Part shown: positions 29,920 through 38,394 of the stretch, one piece after another | How positions within the stretch are numbered: the stretch's first letter is position 1 | Layout: every line of letters starts with the position of its first letter | Source of the DNA: Candidatus Bathyarchaeota archaeon | GTDB lineage: Archaea > Thermoproteota > Bathyarchaeia > Bathyarchaeales > Bathycorpusculaceae | Direction: 5' to 3' | Assembly: GCA_963733095.1 (NCBI GenBank) | Contig: CAVTBV010000012.1 | Location: 446,279-510,278, forward strand | Length of the DNA: 64,000 nucleotides | Notes under the pieces: model-generated | What the model was told of the DNA's origin: nothing | Database searches by the model: none | What the model saw: the letters and a program-made list of their open reading frames with translations, nothing else | Position numbers and translations under genes: made by a program

Positions 29920-30215
29920 GAATTATACAAATAAAACAAAGATCGCGCATCGCGAATGCTTTCAGCAAAGAGACTGGACGCATTTGAAGGTTCTCAGATA
30001 ATCATTTCCTCAAACCGTGTTTTCCTACAGCAGTCTTTTTTCCGAGCGCTCGCGCCCAATATGAGTTAAATAGGGCTTTTATTGTAGCAGAATTGAATTG
30101 AACAATATTTTGTTGATATGTCTGGGAGCGTGAAAGGAGCACAATTTCATTCGTCTAAAACCCGCCTGAAAGAAAAAATTCGTTTACTCTCATTAAAAAC
30201 AAAAGTATGTTAAGC

Positions 30216-30452
30216 TCATGTTTGCTCGATTTTTTGGATAACCAGTGCCTTCTCAGGACATCTTTCCACGAGCTTCTTAACGTAATTCAAGTTATCTGAA
30301 AACTCTCCCATAATCGAGCATTCCTTTGAAGACTTGTTTGAACTTGGCTTTAGCTCACGCGCCAAGAGTTGTGCATGGATTGGGCAACGACCGATCGATG
30401 TACCGCAGTCGAGGCATCTATCTTTGTTTACGATTACCCTGTACTTAGTCAT
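30216..30452 (-). CDS. atypical monocluster ferredoxin
   Basis: CLDCGTSIGRCP..ERCPEKAL; GAGGTGA SD. Confidence 0.7.
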   Translation of the reverse strand: MTKYRVIVNKDRCLDCGTSIGRCPIHAQLLARELKPSSNKSSKECSIMGEFSDNLNYVKKLVERCPEKALVIQKIEQT

Positions 30453-30777
30453 ATGGGCAACTCACCTCTTTTTATTCTATTCCAACCTGAATCTTGTTTG
30501 TTTTTTCGCCTACCCTTTGCTGTTTCGTTAAGTTCTTTAATGGTTTATTCTCTCTTTGAGCACTCGTTTTGACGCTTTGCAGCGATCTCTCTTGCAATGG
30601 TTTGCCACTCATTGATGAATCATCCAGTTTTTATCTCTTTTTCCAAAATCTCCAAATTTTTTTCGATTAAATTGCAACGTTTGTTTAAGATTAATACCTA
30701 CCGCTCGTAAGTGTCTCTGCCTCGTCTTCTTTTTAAACTCGCTTCCTGCTTTGCTTCAGTTGGAAAGCGGCAACATG

Positions 30778-31119
30778 TTATTTTGTTCCGTTAGTGTTTT
30801 GAACGTTTTTGCGTGGAGTGGACGTAACTAAGTAAATTGGTTTTCCTTCGCTGAGAGCTTGCGCTGTCTTTCTTCTTGCACTTTGAACAAGTCTCCAAAT
30901 GGTTCCTCTCGAGATGCTCATTCTTTGTCCAGCCTCTTCCTGTGACAAACCCTCCATATCCACCAGCCTGAAGGCTTCAACTTCCGCAAACTCAATGAAA
31001 ACTGGTTCCAAATTCCCTGAGGGATTAGGCATAAAGCTGGTTATGGACGGAATAGTCCCTAAGGTAACTGGCTTTGGAAATCTCCCTCTTCCACCACATC
31101 GATGTCTTCCTCGCCACAT
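30778..31119 (-). CDS. DUF134 HTH protein
   Basis: EVEAFRLVDMEGLSQEEAGQRMSISRGTIWR..ARRK; GAGGAGG SD before the ATG at 31119. Confidence 0.88.
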   Translation of the reverse strand: MWRGRHRCGGRGRFPKPVTLGTIPSITSFMPNPSGNLEPVFIEFAEVEAFRLVDMEGLSQEEAGQRMSISRGTIWRLVQSARRKTAQALSEGKPIYLVTSTPRKNVQNTNGTK

Positions 31120-31160
31120 GACAGGTTTTCTCCTCCTCAAGATTGTTTGTCTTTTGCTTA

Positions 31161-31316
31161 TTACGTTAATGGGTTCTCTGTCTCTTCGAGAACCCACTCA
31201 AATGCTTGCTTCGATGCTTTTTTAGCGATGATTTCAAACTCGGTGAATGGACCGGCGTTTAACATCTCATCTTGAAGGTGCTTTAAACATTTTCTGATTT
31301 CTTGCTCTGTTTTCAT
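31161..31316 (-). CDS. 51-aa hypothetical protein
   Basis: Manual translation: MKTEQEIRKCLKHLQDEM..KQAFEWVLEETENPLT*; directly upstream of DUF134. Confidence 0.5.
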   Translation of the reverse strand: MKTEQEIRKCLKHLQDEMLNAGPFTEFEIIAKKASKQAFEWVLEETENPLT

Positions 31317-31343
31317 GTTTGGCACATTTCAACATTTTTTATA

Positions 31344-31417
31344 TTCTGTTCATTTAAATCTTATGTTGAACAGAACTTTTATATATTTCCGTGCATTATC
31401 ACACAATTGATTGTGTG
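31344..31417. promoter_or_regulatory. inverted repeats in the divergent DUF134/DUF5320 promoter region
   Basis: TTCTGTTCA-N14-TGAACAGAA (31344-31375) and CACACAAT-N2-ATTGTGTG (31400-31417). Confidence 0.5.
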
Positions 31418-31456
31418 CATAAACACAAAAATAACCTGAAAGAGGTGAAATAAAAA

Positions 31457-31834
31457 ATGGGATATCGAAGAAGAGCATATTTTGATCAATGGCCCGGTAG
31501 AGGTCCCTTCAGCCACTTGCCCCCATGGCAAAGACCCGGACGCATGTACGGCGGCAGAGGCTATGGCAGAGGATATGGCAGAGGCTGGGGCGCTGATCCG
31601 CAAGCATGTGCAAGGTTTCCAAGTCTCCCAAGAGGGTGGTGGGCAGACCCCGCATACGCATATCAGCTTCCAACACCGAATCCACAAGATGAAATAGCAG
31701 CGCTAGAAGATTCCAAAAAGGAACTCGGAGAAGAGAAAACCAGCATAGAGCAAGAAATCAACGACATAGAAATGCAACTAAAAACACTAAAATCAAAGCT
31801 TGACCCAGAGAAAAAACAACCTGAAGGACAGTAA
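31457..31834 (+). CDS. DUF5320-like Gly/Arg-rich coiled-coil protein
   Basis: WPGRGPFSHLPPWQRPG, GRGY repeats and a C-terminal coiled coil; GAGGTGA SD. Confidence 0.75.
   Translation: MGYRRRAYFDQWPGRGPFSHLPPWQRPGRMYGGRGYGRGYGRGWGADPQACARFPSLPRGWWADPAYAYQLPTPNPQDEIAALEDSKKELGEEKTSIEQEINDIEMQLKTLKSKLDPEKKQPEGQ
31553..31588 (+). repeat. 3 x 12-bp coding tandem repeat (GRGY/GRGW)
   Basis: ggcagaggctat ggcagaggatat ggcagaggctgg. Confidence 0.8.
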
Positions 31835-31910
31835 GTATCGTCAACTATAATTAATCGAAATACTTTCCAACATTTCAAGGCTGCGAAAAAAATAAGCGGA
31901 GACAAAGAAA

Positions 31911-32210
31911 ATGTTGTCAAAAATTCCAATAAACTTTGAAAGAATAACGAAAGAAGACTTGGACAAAGAAATACTCAGAGTAGTAATCATAGCCGAGTTG
32001 GATGCAGTAAACCTTTACGAACAGATGTCAGCGTTAACTGAAAATAAACACATTAAGACCGTCCTGCTGGATATAGTTGGGGAAGAAAAGACACATGTTG
32101 GAGAATTCCAAGCGCTTCTACTAGCAAATGATGAGCAGCAGGAAAAAGAATTGGCTGAAGGCAAAAAAGAAGTTGAAGAACTAACTAGTAAAATTGGTGC
32201 AAGACGGTAA
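31911..32210 (+). CDS. short ferritin-like (Flp/rubrerythrin-type) protein
   Basis: AELDAVNLYEQ..DIVGEEKTHVGEF. Confidence 0.82.
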   Translation: MLSKIPINFERITKEDLDKEILRVVIIAELDAVNLYEQMSALTENKHIKTVLLDIVGEEKTHVGEFQALLLANDEQQEKELAEGKKEVEELTSKIGARR

Positions 32211-32359
32211 TTTCAAGCAGAATTCTCCCCTTTTTTAGATAACAATTAAGCTTCAACGCTTGAAGTTATTAGATAGTAGAGCTGCCATCTTAATAAAAAT
32301 GTAAGTCTAGTTGGGCAAGTAAATAAGCGGATATTTATGAAAACTTGAGATTTTCAAAG

Positions 32360-33625
32360 ATGAACGAAAAAAGAACACCTCTTAAAAAAGGAGAAGAAGC
32401 AGCGAGGCTTTCAACTATTATTCTTTTAGCTCTCGGTATTTTGAAAGGAATCACTTCCATTGCAAGTGGTAGCGTTGCCCTCCTGGCGGGCACAATCGAT
32501 TCTTTCTCGGATGTTTTCTCATCAATAGCGGTGTGGGCTGGACTCAACGTTGCAAAGAGAAAACCGACCGAAAGATTTCCGTACGGATACTATAAGGCAG
32601 AAACTTTTGCGTTGTTCGCCGTGTCTTTGATAATCGTGGCATCCAGCGTTTTGATCATGTTCGAGTCTTTTCAAAAGTTTTTTGAGGTCTACGTTATCTC
32701 ATTTTCAGACTTAGCGCTTGCTGTATCAGCTGTATCAGCAATTGTCTATTATTTGCTTGCCAAATACAAAGCGAGGGTGGGAGGTCAAGTTGGTTCGCAA
32801 GCTTTGATCAGCGAAGGCTTGCATTCTATGATAGATGTTTATACTTCTCTGTTGGTTTTTGTCGGGGTTTTTCTGGCAGTGTTAGGGTATCCCGCCGGTG
32901 AAGCCCTAATTGGCTTCGTAATTGGTTTGTATGTAATGATAAGAGGATTATTATATGGAAAAGATGCAGCACTGGTTTTGATGGATGTTTCACCTAGTCC
33001 GCAAAGAGTTAAGGAAATGAAGGAAATAGCAGAGGCTGTTAATGGAGTTAGAGGAACCCATGATGTCAGGTTGCGAAAATCCGGACCAGTTTTCTTTGGT
33101 GAGATGCACGTGGAGTTGAAGGAGGGGCTTTCTCTGGAAAAAGCTCACGTTATATCGGAGGAAGTAGAAACCAGAATTAAGGAACGTTTCAAAGACTTGG
33201 AATTGATCACTGTTCATGTGGGGCTCGCGCATAGGAAAAAAACAAGGATTGCTATTCCTATAGTTGAAAACAAGGGCTTAGAATCATCAGTTAGTCTTCA
33301 TTTTGGAAGTGCACCTTATTTTGCCTTTATAGATGTTGAAGAAGGGCAAATAGTGGGTTCCTATGTTAAGGCGAATGAGGGAGCAAAATTGTCTCACAAG
33401 AAGGGTATACAAGCTGCTAACCTCTTGATTGAAGAAAATGTTACTGCTGTGCTAGCGGGAGGTATCGGAGAAGGCCCATTCCACATACTAGGAGACAACT
33501 TAATACAGATTTATTCTATCTCCAAATCTGTAAAAATAATAGAAACGGTTAACCTCCTAAATACAGCCTTGTTAAAAAGAATGACTTCACCGACTGAAGA
33601 GCATGGCGAGGATAAAATTGAATGA
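32360..33625 (+). CDS. cation diffusion facilitator with C-terminal NifB/NifX domain
   Basis: DSFSD, FPYGYYKAE, HSMID, dimerisation domain, then HFGSAPYF..GIGEGP. Confidence 0.9.
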   Translation: MNEKRTPLKKGEEAARLSTIILLALGILKGITSIASGSVALLAGTIDSFSDVFSSIAVWAGLNVAKRKPTERFPYGYYKAETFALFAVSLIIVASSVLIMFESFQKFFEVYVISFSDLALAVSAVSAIVYYLLAKYKARVGGQVGSQALISEGLHSMIDVYTSLLVFVGVFLAVLGYPAGEALIGFVIGLYVMIRGLLYGKDAALVLMDVSPSPQRVKEMKEIAEAVNGVRGTHDVRLRKSGPVFFGEMHVELKEGLSLEKAHVISEEVETRIKERFKDLELITVHVGLAHRKKTRIAIPIVENKGLESSVSLHFGSAPYFAFIDVEEGQIVGSYVKANEGAKLSHKKGIQAANLLIEENVTAVLAGGIGEGPFHILGDNLIQIYSISKSVKIIETVNLLNTALLKRMTSPTEEHGEDKIE

Positions 33626-33969
33626 CTCATCAATTCCTTTTTATCCCAAAGAAAGAAACAATTAATATTACTCTTCCTCAAATTGGCTGTTACTTTTTTC
33701 AATATCTGGTTTATGCAACCTATTCTTCCAACATTATTAATGTTGATATAGATCGCACTTGATTTGCAGTTCTTATTTTTTGTATTACTACATCTTTTAA
33801 TTTAGTGCGCTGTCTTGCCTCGATATTGGATGTTGAAGTAGGTTGTAGGTTCGCTATGATTCAAGAGATCATAATATTGCAGATTTATTAGGGGTTGTAG
33901 TTGGAGGGTTACAGTCACACGTAGTTATATTATCGTGCGCGTTAATTCAACTATAAGACGTGATATTTT

Positions 33970-34140
33970 ATGGTACATTGTCATGATATGAAATTAGGTC
34001 AGGTTTATGTTTGTGAAGAATGTGGACTTGAACTGAAGGTTGCTAAGAGCTGTACTGTGGACTGTAATCATCCCAAGGGAGTATCTTGTACTGTTTGCAC
34101 TCATGTCTGCTGCAACAAAGATATGAAATTAAAAGCGTAG
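33970..34140 (+). CDS. 56-aa Cys-rich desulforedoxin-like protein
   Basis: Manual translation: MVHCHDMKLGQVYVCEECGLELKVAKSCTVDCNHPKGVSCTVCTHVCCNKDMKLKA*. Confidence 0.75.
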   Translation: MVHCHDMKLGQVYVCEECGLELKVAKSCTVDCNHPKGVSCTVCTHVCCNKDMKLKA

Positions 34141-34155
34141 TTAAGAGGTGGTATT

Positions 34156-34260
34156 ATGTGTGAGGATGTTCCGAAGAAAGATGGCTCTGGAAAAGGTGTA
34201 GGGCAGCCTGGAAAAGGTTGCGATGGGAAGCCGCGAAAGAGAAAAGGAAGGAATCAATAA
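34156..34260 (+). CDS. 34-aa Gly/Lys-rich small protein
   Basis: GAGGTG SD; MCEDVPKKDGSGKGVGQPGKGCDGKPRKRKGRNQ*. Confidence 0.45.
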   Translation: MCEDVPKKDGSGKGVGQPGKGCDGKPRKRKGRNQ

Positions 34261-34271
34261 AGTTAGCGCGC

Positions 34272-35362
34272 CGCTTCATCCCTAAATTAGGTATTAAAGT
34301 ACGTTGGTGACACTGCTTTTTCATGTTTGCCAATGTTTTGAAATGCCTCTCTAATTGGAACTAAACAAAGAATGCTCTGCACAGAGCGTAAAACGCAACT
34401 TGCATCAAACCTCTCACCTTGTTGTTAGCCATGCTGAACTGAGTCTTCAGAAAACTGTTCACCGCCTCAATAAGTGGTCTTTTATGATACTCCAACTTCT
34501 GCTCATCAGACCCATAAGTCCTAAACTTCTTATCCACTCGCAAAAGACCCTCAACGCCTTTCATTTGATTCGCAGGATAAGGAATAGTTGCCTTCTCCAC
34601 AGCAGCTCTAAGCTTAGAATCGCTATATTGACTATCCGCGACTACACTTCTAACCTTAGCTTTGCACCGTTTAAGAATTTTCTTGGCTTTGTCAAGTATA
34701 GTCAAGGAATGTTTCTTCTCATTTTGGTTTGCAGAAGCAAAGACACTTGAAAGAGGAATCATAGTTTTGTGGTCAATCGACAGATGCAGCTTATAGCCCA
34801 ACGCAAAGGATCATCCGGGTCGGCCAACTCTGGCGTCAGCATCCGAATAGCCGGTTTGGTTATCTGTTGGGTGACGTATGCTCCAAGCTTTTATGAAGGA
34901 AGCATCCAACACAAAATCAACCTCACCGCTTTGTTGCTCTCTCAGGAGTTTGGCCACTTTGCTGTCTATTATTCTGTTGAGGCTTTCTTCGCCGACGCAT
35001 TTGGAGAATCTGCTTAGAACGCTTCGTGTGTAGCCTTTTTGGTTATCTTTGATTGGGCAGAGCTTTCTGATTCTTTGGTCAGTTTAGGATGCGGATCATT
35101 TCTCTTAGGCTTCGTACTGCTTTCATGCCCATGATTAGGAACGCTCGAAAGAGGCCAAGTGGGTTTCTGGGTGGTCTTCCTGGACCAGAAATGTGGAAGC
35201 ATCTGGTTAGGGTGGACAAAGCTTAAGTCAACGTTTTTAAAGAAAGTTTCAAGGGTCTCGTGTTCATCCTGTCTCGCAGGGATTCACCTCCCATGTGTAG
35301 ATTGGTTCTCAAGATACAAGACCCCATGTCTAGTAATATACGTTTCAATTTAGGGACAAGCC
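34272..35362 (-). mobile_element. degenerate IS (IS4/IS5-like DDE transposase)
   Basis: Imperfect terminal IRs (GCTTCATCCCTAAATT / AATTTAGGGACAAGC), AGCGCGC on both flanks, internal transposase fragments. Confidence 0.75.
34361..35202 (-). pseudogene. DDE transposase, fragmented
   Basis: DFVLDASFIKAW..DADARVG, GYKLHL, VADSQY and KRPLIEAVNSFLK across frames; bounds approximate. Confidence 0.8.
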
Positions 35363-35378
35363 AGCGCGCTTAATCACT

Positions 35379-35439
35379 GTTTATTTTACAAACGTTTATT
35401 TTATAAACGAAATGTATTAGTATTGTTTGTTTATTATAA
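35379..35439 (+). promoter_or_regulatory. paired operator, site 5, with an extra tandem box
   Basis: GTTTATTTTACAAAC + GTTTATTTTATAAAC (35394-35408), TATTAGTA, GTTTGTTTATTATAA (35425-35439). Confidence 0.75.
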
Positions 35440-35471
35440 TATTATCGCGCGCTGAGTTCGAGGTGTGCATT

Positions 35472-35648
35472 ATGAGAAAGGCAAGTATAAATAGAATGGA
35501 TTCTCGCAATGGCGAAACACATTTCATTCTGGAGGAATTTCAGCCTTCCGAATATTCTGAGCACACTAAAGATTTTGATTTAGCTGAAATCAAGAAAATT
35601 TCAAGCAAAGAGGCATCCAAGCCACTTGCTTTAGTTCGTGAAGAGTAA
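35472..35648 (+). CDS. small hypothetical protein (copy 2)
   Basis: Paralogue of 19431-19607; GAGGTG SD. Confidence 0.65.
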   Translation: MRKASINRMDSRNGETHFILEEFQPSEYSEHTKDFDLAEIKKISSKEASKPLALVREE

Positions 35649-35677
35649 ACTTCATCGAGTTGAAGGAGATTGAAGTA

Positions 35678-35881
35678 ATGGCGAAAGTTAATGTTGATTG
35701 GAAAAAGTGCAATGGATGTGGGACATGTGTAGATGCCTGTCCTGTTTTGGTCTTTGAGCTTCAAGACCTTGCGGATTATTCAGATTCAAAGAAATCCGTT
35801 CCCGTCAGAGCAGACGACTGTATTCAATGTATGACCTGCACGACATCATGTCCTACTGGCGCAATAATAGTGGAGGAATAG
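35678..35881 (+). CDS. 2[4Fe-4S] ferredoxin (copy 2)
   Basis: CNGCGTCVDACP and CIQCMTCTTSCP. Confidence 0.92.
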   Translation: MAKVNVDWKKCNGCGTCVDACPVLVFELQDLADYSDSKKSVPVRADDCIQCMTCTTSCPTGAIIVEE

Positions 35882-35887
35882 GAAATT

Positions 35888-36334
35888 ATGTCTGCTGTGA
35901 ACAAGCCTCAAAGTAAGCGAGCTAAACCACATGGTCGGGTCGAGCATACTGTCAATAGCAACAGTAATGAAGCCAGAAAGCCATTGCGCGTTGTTCCTCA
36001 TAACCAAGGTTTTCATTTCTACAAAGCCATTGACTGTTGTATCGGAGTAACTAGTTGCAGCTTGGAGGAACTTGCTGAAGCTGTTAATGAAGTATGTTCT
36101 GAAGCTATTATTTTTCATTTTGAGCGTGGCGATTTTCAGAATTGGATAAGGGACATAATAGGCGACGCTGAATTGGCTCAAAGTATAGATGAATTAAAGA
36201 CGTGTTCGCGCCAACTCTCGGCAGAAGCCTGTAGGCAAGAAATTGCAGAGAGATTACGCATTCACATTTTTCAATTAGAAACTAAAGAAAGTTCTCCCTT
36301 CTTTGGTGAACGAAGAAGAGAACAAGCCAACTAA
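35888..36334 (+). CDS. DUF5752-like protein (intact copy 2)
   Basis: GFHFYKAID..SLEELAE..FHFERGDFQNWIRDIIGDAELA. Confidence 0.75.
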   Translation: MSAVNKPQSKRAKPHGRVEHTVNSNSNEARKPLRVVPHNQGFHFYKAIDCCIGVTSCSLEELAEAVNEVCSEAIIFHFERGDFQNWIRDIIGDAELAQSIDELKTCSRQLSAEACRQEIAERLRIHIFQLETKESSPFFGERRREQAN

Positions 36335-36605
36335 TCCATCCAAGCTTGCTAGAGAAGAGAGCTTGTATTCCAATACCAGATGAGGACATATAATGACCGC
36401 AAAAGGCGTTAGAGTTGGTGCGCGATGAGGTCAATTCCACTATAGAGCAAGAGTAACCATCTGAATATTGCGTAAACCTAAAAACTCGTGGTTAAGTACG
36501 ACAATCTGAACGGGAGGGGTTTGAATCGGAATTAACCTTCTCTTAGCCATCGAACCTTCGACAGGCAAAAAGCGCATCAACAAGTTCTCAAGTTGGTGAT
36601 CCGAC

Positions 36606-37700
36606 ATGATTAATGTAAAAGTGAGTAGTTTGGAGGACTATCTTTCCTTTATTTACAAGACAAAAGCCAGAATTTCATTTATGGGTGAGCTCGGGCGAGA
36701 AGATTGAAAAAAGCCACAAGGAGGAGTTGAAAACTTTTGGATACGGCGCCCCTTATTTAATCGAATTCAGCTTGAATGGAGAAACGAAACGTGTTGTCTT
36801 AGAGACTGTGCGACCCGGCGGTTTCGGTCATGACCACTTTTCAGACCGCGCTCAAATAGCATTATGGCAGCATTCTGCATTCAACAAGCTCCCAAAACAC
36901 GTTCACTCCATTGATGTTGGACACTGATGGGTCAATCAAATCTTTGGGAAACTGCTACGAGTATTTTATTTATCACCAAATTGGTCGAAGGAAAACCATA
37001 CTCTAAAGATTTTGAGAATATAAGAAAACAAGAGAGCCTGACACAATTGGATAAAGATAGATGCGAAGTTCTCTCAAACTATCTCACCAATGTACATTCT
37101 ACAAAAAAGGACGCTACTGAACTTTACATAAGGCGCACACGCAACTTAGTAGGACATGGGGAATGCATAGTGGGTTTATGCGACAGTTACCCTTCTGGAT
37201 TAAAATACATAGATGAAAAAGACTTGTGCAGCATGGAAAAGAAATGCGTTGAATGGAGATGGAAAACAAAAAGATATTCTCACAGATGTTCACAAGTTCA
37301 CAGCGATTTCCACCCGTGAAATATTCTATTCAGAAAAGGTAACGAGTTCACTGTTCTAGACCATAGTCGAGGCGAATATGGAGAGCCAGCAGACGATTTA
37401 AGTGCCATGAGCATCAACTACATTTTATATTCCTTGCTAACGTATGGTAAGCTGGACGGACAATTCAAAACACTATTTGACCTATTTTGGAGCACATATT
37501 TAGACAAAACAGGTGACATGGAAGTGTTAAGCATAATACAACCCTTCTATGTCTGGAGAGGTTTAGTGCTTGCTTCCCCAATTTGGTATCCCAAACTCAA
37601 CCTCAACGTACGCATCAAAATTCTTAACTTCGTGAGAAACATGCTGGAAATTGATACATTCAACTACAAAGACGTGAACTCTTACATTAAGGAGGAGGAA
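36606..37700 (+). pseudogene. aminoglycoside phosphotransferase-like kinase, disrupted
   Basis: FGYG, FGHDHFSDRA, QVHSDFHP*NILF and LDHSRGEYGEPADD across frames; end approximate. Confidence 0.75.
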
Positions 37701-37704
37701 ATTT

Positions 37705-38259
37705 TTGGAAAAACCTATTGGCTGGTGTGTATGGCTAACAGGTCTCCCTGGAAGTGGAAAATCTGTCATTTCTCAAGCTTTACTTGACAAATTAAGAGAA
37801 ATTGGAGTTCACGCCCAAATTGTTTCCTCAGATACTTTGCGCAAATCAATTACCCCTTATCCAACATACACAAATGAAGAACGCAACATTGTTTATGCAA
37901 CCATAGCGTTTATAACTAAACTTCTAACCCAAAACAGCATTAACGTGATCATAGATGCTACAGCTAACCGTCGACTATACCGCGATATGGCTAGAAAAGA
38001 AATCAGCCGCTTCATTGAAGCCTACATTCGATGTCCATTGGAAATCTGTATGAAGAGAGAAGCAAAACGAGGAAAGACTTTCGATTCGCCTAAGAACATC
38101 TATGAAAAGGCCCTTATTGGAAAAAGCAGAACTGTGCCAGGTATTGGAACCCCCTACGAAGAACCTTTGCACCCCGATTCAATTGTGAATTCCGACAAGT
38201 TAAATCCCAATCAATGCGCCCAAAAGATTATGGAAGAAATTATGAAAAAGTTTAGCTAA
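37705..38259 (+). CDS. adenylyl-sulfate kinase-like P-loop kinase
   Basis: WLTGLPGSGKS, DATANRR, CPLEICMKR and PYEEP; GGAGGAGG SD. Confidence 0.82.
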   Translation: MEKPIGWCVWLTGLPGSGKSVISQALLDKLREIGVHAQIVSSDTLRKSITPYPTYTNEERNIVYATIAFITKLLTQNSINVIIDATANRRLYRDMARKEISRFIEAYIRCPLEICMKREAKRGKTFDSPKNIYEKALIGKSRTVPGIGTPYEEPLHPDSIVNSDKLNPNQCAQKIMEEIMKKFS

Positions 38260-38394
38260 TTCACACCCATCTTGTTTGCAACTCAAAAACGATTGATGAG
38301 AACTTACCTGATGGTGGCGCATATTTAGTTAATAACTTTAATTAGGCAAAAGATGCTTTAGGTTTTGCTCTACCTGCAGTGGGGCGTACCATTT

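Noticed and set aside
18367-37319. TGA at expected Trp positions in metK (18367) and the APH-like gene (HP*NILF, 37317), suggesting TGA=Trp recoding
   Set aside because: Both genes also carry frameshifts, and intact genes (purD, cdhB, cdhC, mrp) end in TGA at the expected positions.
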